DNA of 14,727 bases from Armatimonadia bacterium (lineage in GTDB: Bacteria; Armatimonadota; Zipacnadia; Zipacnadales; UBA11051): the NCBI GenBank assembly GCA_039683575.1, contig JBDKRC010000170.1, positions 1 to 14,727 on the forward strand, in the 5' to 3' direction. This document shows positions 1-6,150 of this stretch, one piece after another. The number at the start of each line of letters is the position of its first letter. The first letter of the stretch is position 1. The notes below the pieces were generated by a model. The model ran no database searches. It saw only the letters and a list, made by a program, of their open reading frames with translations, and was not told the DNA's origin. A program made the translations under genes and the position numbers.

Positions 1-2
1 TT

Positions 3-707
3 CTCCCACGCGTAGAGGTAGGTGATTGGGTCACGATCCGCATCAGCCGAGCCACTGGCGCTGACGTGCAACGCCTGCCCGCCGCGGGGGCTGGCGGGGA
101 TGATGGAGAGGCTGGTCGGCGCGGACGGGGTGTGGTTACCGCGATAGAGACGGATGTTGTCCAGCATTGGCCCGCGCCCCTCGGAAGTCTGGCTCACGAA
201 GCCTATCGAAGTCTGATCCGAAGCGGCACGAAACCGCACGCGGTGCTGTGTCCACCGCATATCAGTCGCGGTCACACCCGTGGCGTCAAAAGTGAAGCTC
301 CTGACCTGAATGTCGTTGATCAACACCGCCAGGGACCTCAGCGGCGGCGCGGGGTCAGGATTGCCAGCCATGTCAAAGATGAGATCGTAGAACTGGCCCG
401 CCTTGGTCTGGACCCGATCGCACCTGATCCCGCCGGCGGCATCGCGATTGAGATCAACTGAACGCTGTCCCTCTGCCGGAGCCCATCTGGTCCCCATATA
501 GTCCACGCCATCGCCCGTCACGGTCCAGCCCTTGATCACCGTGCTGCCAGCCCGCAGTCGCAATTCAGTGGCGTACGGTGGAGCCGTACTGGCGTCCTCA
601 AAGCTCCCGTTCACGATCAGGTTGCTCGGCGCCGCGACTACGAAGCTCGCGATAAGTAGCAGCGGGACCACTACTGAGAAGAGAAGAACCTGCTTGGAGC
701 CGTACAT
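3..707 (-). CDS. Secreted choice-of-anchor C / DUF642-like beta-sandwich protein followed by a probable Ig-like module; partial, runs off the left edge
   Basis: Translated by hand: ATG at 707 with AAGGGGG upstream; MYGSKQVLLFSVVVPLLLIASFVVAAPSNLIVNGSFEDAS...IKGWTVTGDGVDYMGTRWAPAEGQRSVDLN...YDLIFDMAGNPD...GPMLDNIRLY, then NHTPSAPTSLSIIP...SADADRDPITYLYAWE. No stop before the edge. Signal-peptide-like N-terminus; NLIVNGSFE, EGxRSVDLN, FDMAGNP and GPxLDN motifs typical of this family. Confidence 0.85.
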   Translation of the reverse strand, partial: MYGSKQVLLFSVVVPLLLIASFVVAAPSNLIVNGSFEDASTAPPYATELRLRAGSTVIKGWTVTGDGVDYMGTRWAPAEGQRSVDLNRDAAGGIRCDRVQTKAGQFYDLIFDMAGNPDPAPPLRSLAVLINDIQVRSFTFDATGVTATDMRWTQHRVRFRAASDQTSIGFVSQTSEGRGPMLDNIRLYRGNHTPSAPTSLSIIPASPRGGQALHVSASGSADADRDPITYLYAWE

Positions 708-819
708 GCTGAGCCCCCTTGGTGGATGCGAATCCGAGACCTTGTGCACTCTAGCCGCCCGCAGTCGACCTCGCCCGTAATACCGCCAACCCCGGCCCGC
801 CCAGTCCGCGGCACCGCCC

Positions 820-930
820 CCCTCTCGCCGTATCCTTCTCATCCTCCCCATCCTCATCATCCTTTGAATGCCTCTTCTCCTCTCTCCATCCCGTTCATCC
901 GGCCGTCATCCTGTCTATCCTGACAAGCTC
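820..930. repeat. CATCC/GGATG-periodic element, copy 1; overlaps the last codons and stop of the amidohydrolase
   Basis: 896-930 CATCCGGCCGTCATCCTGTCTATCCTGACAAGCTC matches 2969-3003 at 33/35; further ATCC units back to about 830. Confidence 0.85.
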
Positions 931-2588
931 CTCCGCCTCTCCTCCGGCAACCCCAAAATATCCGCCATATTCAGCCCCAGAACCTTCCTCTTCGCCTCCA
1001 ACGGTATCCGCGCCCACGCCACCCAACCCACCTGCGGCGCCAAATCCCGCATCACACAATCGCTCCCATAGAGCACCCGCTCCGCTCCCAACTCACCCAC
1101 CAGATACTCAATCATCCCATACCAGATCAGCGTGTACGTGATCTCCGCGAAGATATTCGGATACCGCTTCGCCGCCGCCACCGTATCCTCCGCGAACTTG
1201 TAGTTGCTCCCGGTGTGCGCGTTCAGAAATGGCACTTCCGGGTACTTCGGCGCGAGCTTCGTAACCTCGGCCAACCGCATCGGCCCGTCCCCGCACAAGA
1301 CCGGTGCCCGCCTCTTGCTGCACCACTCATACACTGGAAAGTGCACCGGGTCGGTCAGCGGCACCACCTGCCGGAAGGGCGCCGGCTTGTACCCGATGAC
1401 CTTCCCGCCCACAAACAGCCGCTCAAACTCCGCCTCAAACACCTGCGGATAGCTCGGGTTCAGACACCCCCACGGCAGTATCCGTCCCGGGTGCTTCGCC
1501 GCCGCCCCCAGCGTATGATCGTTCGCATCCTGCCCCGCGTAGGTGATCCCGGCCCAGCTACTCGGGCAAGCGATGTCCACCCCCAGCCGGTCCATCGTCC
1601 CCACCAGCCCGTCACCATCGTTAGCCGGAATGGCGCACAGGTCAATCCCCTTACACCCCGGATGCCCCAGGTGATTGTGGGAGTCCAGCACAAACTCCTT
1701 GCGTAGCGGCTGGCCCGCCCGTACTGCCGCCACAATCGGGTCATCCTCCGGATGCGCAGGCGGCTCCCTCCATTCCGGCACCTCCCGCCCCTGCGCCCCG
1801 CGCACCCCACCCAGCAGCCGCAGCAGATTGCGCCCCGCAATATTCTCCCGGTCCTGCTCGCTCAGGTTCTCATAGCAGGTCATCATCCGCGCCGCCCCCG
1901 GCGACCGGTGCGGCAGGTTAGTACAGAACAGGAGCCTCTCCGACCCAAGCCGCTCCACAAACGCCTCATACCCCCGATGATTCTGATAGGCCCACGTATC
2001 AAAATGCAGGTTGGTAATGGCTGTGGGCTGCCCATGGTGGGAGGGGCCACTGGCCCCGACTTCTCCCGCCAGCATCCCAAATATCACCCGGTCGTAATGC
2101 CAATACACCCCGCAAAGCACCACCGGCAGCTTCGGATACCGCCGCGCCAGTTCCCCCGCCGCGGGCAGATCCAACTCCGCATGGTCTATGAACAACGGTA
2201 CCCGGCGCGCCTCCAGCGCCCGCAGAAGCTCCCCACAAACCTCCTCACTAACCCCAAACCCATGCGACTTCGGGTACATCCGCGCCGCCCGCACCCCCAG
2301 CGCCATCATCTCCTCCACCAACTCCTCCCCCCGCGCCATCTCCCCCGCCTGGTGCGGCAAGACCACCCACTGCGGCAAGAGCCGCGGGTCGTCCCCGATC
2401 TCCTTGAGCAGCCTCCGGTTCCCATAGTCCGGCGAATACTCCACCGCCGCGGCATGGTAAACCAGGGCCCCCATGATGTCGTAATAGTCGAAGTCACGCT
2501 GGAAATCCCCAAGCGTCTGCGGCTGCACAAAATGCCGCCACTGCCGGGTTCCGATCATGCAATTGCAGTCGTAGAATGGTAGTGCCAT
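915..2588 (-). CDS. Amidohydrolase family protein with two tandem Amidohydro_2-like TIM-barrel domains (557 aa)
   Basis: Start chosen at ATG 2588 (GAGG 6 nt upstream). N-domain: FYDCNCMIG...LLFCTNLP. C-domain: VLDSHNHLG (HxH), MDRLGVD, LNAHTG, YPNIFAEIT, GAERVLYGSD, KRKVLGLNMADILGL. Confidence 0.9.
   Translation of the reverse strand: MALPFYDCNCMIGTRQWRHFVQPQTLGDFQRDFDYYDIMGALVYHAAAVEYSPDYGNRRLLKEIGDDPRLLPQWVVLPHQAGEMARGEELVEEMMALGVRAARMYPKSHGFGVSEEVCGELLRALEARRVPLFIDHAELDLPAAGELARRYPKLPVVLCGVYWHYDRVIFGMLAGEVGASGPSHHGQPTAITNLHFDTWAYQNHRGYEAFVERLGSERLLFCTNLPHRSPGAARMMTCYENLSEQDRENIAGRNLLRLLGGVRGAQGREVPEWREPPAHPEDDPIVAAVRAGQPLRKEFVLDSHNHLGHPGCKGIDLCAIPANDGDGLVGTMDRLGVDIACPSSWAGITYAGQDANDHTLGAAAKHPGRILPWGCLNPSYPQVFEAEFERLFVGGKVIGYKPAPFRQVVPLTDPVHFPVYEWCSKRRAPVLCGDGPMRLAEVTKLAPKYPEVPFLNAHTGSNYKFAEDTVAAAKRYPNIFAEITYTLIWYGMIEYLVGELGAERVLYGSDCVMRDLAPQVGWVAWARIPLEAKRKVLGLNMADILGLPEERRRSLSG
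2037..2060 (+). repeat. REP-like hairpin inside the amidohydrolase CDS
   Basis: GTGGGA-GGGGCCA-C-TGGCCCC-GAC; the first 14 nt (GTGGGAGGGGCCAC) recur exactly at intergenic 4911-4924. Confidence 0.6.
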
Positions 2589-2619
2589 GTGATTCCTCAA
2601 GCGAATAGCGAGTAGTCGT

Positions 2620-2710
2620 GCTGTAGGGCGGGGGCTCCGTACCCCGCCGTCGTTTGTCTACGATCACGCATCGCCAGGCGCGGCGGGGTACGGCGCCCCC
2701 GCCCTACAGC
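2620..2710. repeat. REPIN-like inverted doublet of GTAG-type REPs (family A)
   Basis: 30-bp arms at 2620-2649 and 2681-2710, one mismatch, 31-nt spacer. Each arm is GTAG plus hairpin GGCGGGG-N8-CCCCGCC. The same unit forms the array at 14371-14654. Confidence 0.9.
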
Positions 2711-2771
2711 CGGAGCGAATAGCTATTAGCTGTAACGAGTAACCAACGGGCAACGGGCAACTGACCAGCCG

Positions 2772-2861
2772 TTTGACCCCAACGGGGTCACCGAATATAG
2801 CCAGGGGTGAAACCCCTGGACGCACCGCCACCTCCCCCTCTTTGACCCCAACGGGGTCACC
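2772..2861. repeat. Second palindromic repeat family (B): two direct copies flanking a separate hairpin
   Basis: TTTGACCCCAACGGGGTCACC identical at 2772-2792 and 2841-2861 (hairpin TGACCCC-AAC-GGGGTCA); CCAGGGGT-GAA-ACCCCTGG hairpin at 2801-2819. Confidence 0.85.
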
Positions 2862-2876
2862 CGCCGTCTTCCTCCG

Positions 2877-3003
2877 CCCCTCTCGCCTTTCCCACCCACC
2901 CCTATCCTTATCATCCTTACATCCTTACATCCTGTAGAGTCTATCTTCCTCTCGCCGTTCATCCTGCCCATCCCGCCGTCATCCTGTCCATCCTGACAAG
3001 CTC
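2877..3003. repeat. CATCC/GGATG-periodic element, copy 2; overlaps the permease stop codon
   Basis: 2969-3003 matches 896-930 at 33/35; tandem CATCCTTA units near 2912-2933; both copies start with CCCCTCTCGCC. Confidence 0.85.
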
Positions 3004-4867
3004 ATTTGATCGCCCCCGCTGTCAACCCCTTAACAATGTGCCGCTGGAACACGAAGTACAGCACCAAGATCGGCACCACCGAAATCATCACCCCCGCCAT
3101 CACCACCGCCCAATCCGTGCTGTGCTCCCCTTGGAAGTTCAAGAGCCCCACCGGCAATATCTGCCACACTTTCTCTTTGACCAGCACCAGCGCCAACGGC
3201 AGCTCATTCCACACCCACGCCGCCTGGAAGATGCACACCGCCGCCACCGCGGGCTTCGCCACTGGCAAGAGCACATGCCACAGCGTCCGCAGATGCCCGC
3301 ACCCGTCGATCTTCGCCGCGTCGGTCAACTCCTCCGGTATCCCGGCGAAGTATGCCCGCAGCATCAGCACCATCAGCGGCAACCCGAACGCGATGTATGG
3401 CCCAATGATCGCCGGCCAGTTCGCGATTCCGAGCCGGTTGCTCTGGATGAACAAGGGGATCAGCGAGGCATGCACAGGCAGCAGTATCCCCGCCACGATC
3501 ACGCCGAACAGCACCAACCCTCCCCGCACCCGCAGCCTCGCAAACACATACGCCGCCGGGGCCGCGAAGGCCAGTGACAGTCCGACTGAAACCGTTGTCA
3601 CCACCACGCTGTTGAATAGGTACCGCCCTATCCCGCCCTGCCACGCCTGCACGTAGTTGCCCCACACCCACGTCTCCGGCAAGCCCCACGGATGCAGCAT
3701 CAAGTCGTTCAAGCTCTTGACCGACCCCAGCGCCGCCCAGACCACCGGTACCATGAACACCAGCGCCAGCACGGCGAACAGCCCGTCTCGCAGCCCCCCG
3801 GCCAGCCGCCGCGGCAACCTCTCCCACGCCACACCAACCACCGCGATGAGCGCCCCCAGCCCCAGCACCACCAGGACCGCCAGCCGCACCGGCGTCGCCC
3901 CGTGCGCCTCCAAAAGCCGCCACACCATCCACAGAACCACTGCCGCCAGCACCGTGCGCCCCAGCCACTTCCCCACCCATCCCGGCAGCGACACTTCTTC
4001 CAGACTCGTCAGCTTCAGATACACCACGGTAAACAGCAGCGTCACCAGCAGCATGATGACCGCTATCGCCGCGCTATAACCCATGCGGTCCTCGGTGAAC
4101 GCCGTACGGTACATGAAAGTCGCCAGCACATCGCTGGCAAACCCCGGCCCGCCGTCGGTCATGACCTTCACGAGGTCGAATATCTTCACCGAACCCACGG
4201 TGATGAGCAGCGCATCGACCAGCAGCACCCGCCGCAGGAGCGGCAGCGTGATCTGCCAGAAGGTCTGCCAGCCCGTCGCCCCATCCAGCCGCGCCGCCTC
4301 GTACACATCGTCCTCGATGGCCTGTACCCCCGCCATCACGATCATCATGTGAAAGCCCACATAGCGCCAGCACGAGACGGCAATGACGGCAAAGATGGCC
4401 ACTCCGCTGTCCCCGAGCCACCCGGAAGCAAACTGCCCCAGGTGCATCGCCGACAGCAGCGCATTGGCCGCCCCCAGGTTTGGCTCATAGATCATCTTCC
4501 AGACCAACCCCACGGCCACTACCGGCAGCACAAAGGGCGCGAAGAACAGCGTCCGCAAGAACTGGTGCCGCCTCATCTCTGAGCCAATCCCCAAAGCGAC
4601 CAACAGCGCCAGGGGCAACTGTATGGCCACCGAGAGCACTATGAAGAGCCCGTTGTTCTTCAGCGCGGCATAGAAGTTGGGGTCTTGCCAGAGGTGCGAG
4701 TAGTTCTGCCACCCCACCGCCAGCTTCGTCTGGTTGACGGTGCTCCAGCTATAGAACGACAGCAGGCAGGTATGAACGATGGGGTAGAGCACATAACCAA
4801 CAAACGTCAGCAGTGCAGGGAGCAGCAGCAAATAAGCAGAAGATCCATTCCGGCGCATGGGTCCCAT
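3002..4867 (-). CDS. Carbohydrate ABC transporter permease, fusion of MalF-like and MalG-like subunits (about 621 aa)
   Basis: Two BPD_transp_1-type halves, each with an EAA loop (VYEAARLDGATGWQTFWQITLPLL; LTDAAKIDGCGHLRTLWHVLLP); VGWQNY; C-terminal FQRHIVKGLTAGAIK. Start set at ATG 4867 (GGGGAGAGG upstream); ATG 4858 is an alternative. Confidence 0.92.
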   Translation of the reverse strand: MGPMRRNGSSAYLLLLPALLTFVGYVLYPIVHTCLLSFYSWSTVNQTKLAVGWQNYSHLWQDPNFYAALKNNGLFIVLSVAIQLPLALLVALGIGSEMRRHQFLRTLFFAPFVLPVVAVGLVWKMIYEPNLGAANALLSAMHLGQFASGWLGDSGVAIFAVIAVSCWRYVGFHMMIVMAGVQAIEDDVYEAARLDGATGWQTFWQITLPLLRRVLLVDALLITVGSVKIFDLVKVMTDGGPGFASDVLATFMYRTAFTEDRMGYSAAIAVIMLLVTLLFTVVYLKLTSLEEVSLPGWVGKWLGRTVLAAVVLWMVWRLLEAHGATPVRLAVLVVLGLGALIAVVGVAWERLPRRLAGGLRDGLFAVLALVFMVPVVWAALGSVKSLNDLMLHPWGLPETWVWGNYVQAWQGGIGRYLFNSVVVTTVSVGLSLAFAAPAAYVFARLRVRGGLVLFGVIVAGILLPVHASLIPLFIQSNRLGIANWPAIIGPYIAFGLPLMVLMLRAYFAGIPEELTDAAKIDGCGHLRTLWHVLLPVAKPAVAAVCIFQAAWVWNELPLALVLVKEKVWQILPVGLLNFQGEHSTDWAVVMAGVMISVVPILVLYFVFQRHIVKGLTAGAIK

Positions 4868-4910
4868 ATTCCTCTCCCCAACCACCCTCCCCTCCGTCGC
4901 CTCCGCCTCT

Positions 4911-4991
4911 GTGGGAGGGGCCACCCTCCCATCCGCCGTTGCCGTAAGGAGGGGCCGAATGGCCGCAGCCTCACCGTGGCCATCCGGCCCG
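4911..4991. repeat. Two GC-rich hairpins in the divergent intergenic region; the first looks like a collapsed REP doublet
   Basis: GTGGGAGGG-GCCA-CCCTCCCA at 4911-4931; 16-bp stem 4951-4966/4976-4991 with 2 mismatches. Confidence 0.55.
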
Positions 4992-5096
4992 CGCACACCT
5001 CAACCCGTGAGACCCCCGGTGAACGCCCGCTGAAGTCTGGCGGTCTATAAGCTACGCAGCCTCAACTTCAGGCACTCCCAAGGCAGGTGCGGACAG

Positions 5097-5345
5097 ATGA
5101 GCATACTCGGCTGGATCATCCTCGGCGGTCTTGCGGGCTGGATCGCTTCGGCTCTCACGGGCTCCCGGGAGGGCTGTTTCATGTACATCGTGATCGGGAT
5201 TGTAGGCGCGATGATCGGCGGATTCGCCTTTACGCTGATCGGTGGCTCGGGGGTCTCCGGGTTCAACCTCTGGAGTCTGATGGTCGCCGTAATTGGCTCG
5301 CTCATCCTCCTCGCCATCGTGCGGGCTGTACGCAAGACCCGATGA
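5097..5345 (+). CDS. GlsB/YeaQ/YmgE family stress-response membrane protein (transglycosylase-associated protein family)
   Basis: 82 aa; WIILGGLAGWIAS...IVIGIVGAMIGG...GFNLWSLMVAVIGSLILL matches the family pattern. Confidence 0.93.
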   Translation: MSILGWIILGGLAGWIASALTGSREGCFMYIVIGIVGAMIGGFAFTLIGGSGVSGFNLWSLMVAVIGSLILLAIVRAVRKTR

Positions 5346-5383
5346 ACTGGTCTCGGATCATGCGAGGGGGGGCGGGGCCTTTG

Positions 5384-5392
5384 TGCTATAAT
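5384..5392 (+). promoter_or_regulatory. Extended -10 promoter element (TGnTATAAT) for the SdpI-family gene
   Basis: TGCTATAAT at 5384-5392, a perfect consensus, ending 7 nt before ATG 5400; no Shine-Dalgarno in between. Confidence 0.7.
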
Positions 5393-5399
5393 CCAGCCC

Positions 5400-6047
5400 A
5401 TGACCACCCGCGCCCTGCTCGTCCTCTCGCTCCTCCTGATCCTTGCCACCACCCTCTACTCCGCCTGGCTCTACCCTTCGCTGCCAGACGCCATACCGAC
5501 CCACTGGGACCTGCACGGGCAGATTGATGGCTGGGGCAGCAAAGCCTCCGCCGCCTGGTTTGGTCCCGCCGCCATGGGCATCTTCCTTTTGCTCATGTTC
5601 CTCCTGCCGCTATTCTCGCCGACGCAGTTTGAGATCAAAAGCTTCCGGGCGAGTTGGAACCTTGTCATCCTCATTTTGATCGTCATGTTCGGCTTCATGC
5701 ACGTGGTGATTCTGCAAGCGGGGTTGCATCCCGGGCTGCCGGCGGACCGGCTGATGGTCGGCGGCATCTGCTTCTTTCTGGCCGCCGTCGGGTTCATGCT
5801 CGGGAAGCTCAAGCGGAACTTCTGGATGGGGATTCGGACGCCGTGGACTCTGGCGAGCGAGGAAGTCTGGGTCGCGACTCACACCTTCGCCGCGAAGACC
5901 GTCACAGTGACATCAGGGGTTGCGACAGTAGTTGCGGCAATAGGGTATCCTTTCGCCGCACTGATGCTGCTCATCGGAGGCCTGTTGGCTCCGGTGATAT
6001 ATTCACTGGTACTGTATAAGACTCTTCAAAGGAAAGGCGCAATATAG
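5400..6047 (+). CDS. SdpI family immunity-type membrane protein (DUF1648 plus SdpI domains)
   Basis: LYPSLPDAIPTHWDLHGQIDGWGSK (DUF1648) and KRNFWMGIRTPWTLASEEVWVATH (SdpI); about six hydrophobic segments. Confidence 0.92.
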   Translation: MTTRALLVLSLLLILATTLYSAWLYPSLPDAIPTHWDLHGQIDGWGSKASAAWFGPAAMGIFLLLMFLLPLFSPTQFEIKSFRASWNLVILILIVMFGFMHVVILQAGLHPGLPADRLMVGGICFFLAAVGFMLGKLKRNFWMGIRTPWTLASEEVWVATHTFAAKTVTVTSGVATVVAAIGYPFAALMLLIGGLLAPVIYSLVLYKTLQRKGAI

Positions 6048-6150
6048 CAATTACATACCAATGGGCGACGGGGTAGTTTTTCGGCCCGAATCGTTACATT
6101 GGTCAACTTCGTTTGCGCAACTAACCCCCCTTTCTGATCGCTAAAGGCCC

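Noticed and set aside
66..1071. Plus-strand ORFs 66..461, 532..780, 726..923 and 868..1071
   Set aside because: Antisense shadows of the minus-strand genes or translations of the low-complexity CATCC element.
2726..2971. 81-aa ORF in the permease-amidohydrolase gap
   Set aside because: Composed entirely of repeat elements; the duplicated VTPLGS peptide is just the family-B palindrome.
4868..4996. N-terminal extension of the permease to 4996
   Set aside because: Runs through intergenic hairpins, is not permease-like, and a better RBS precedes ATG 4867.
4940..5060. Riboswitch or ncRNA upstream of the permease
   Set aside because: Only a simple hairpin is visible and I recognise no riboswitch consensus; an Rfam/Infernal scan would be needed.
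6048..6150. oriC, dif site or terminator in the lower-GC convergent gap near the skew change
   Set aside because: No DnaA boxes (TTATCCACA), no XerC/D dif consensus and no convincing stem plus U-tract seen.
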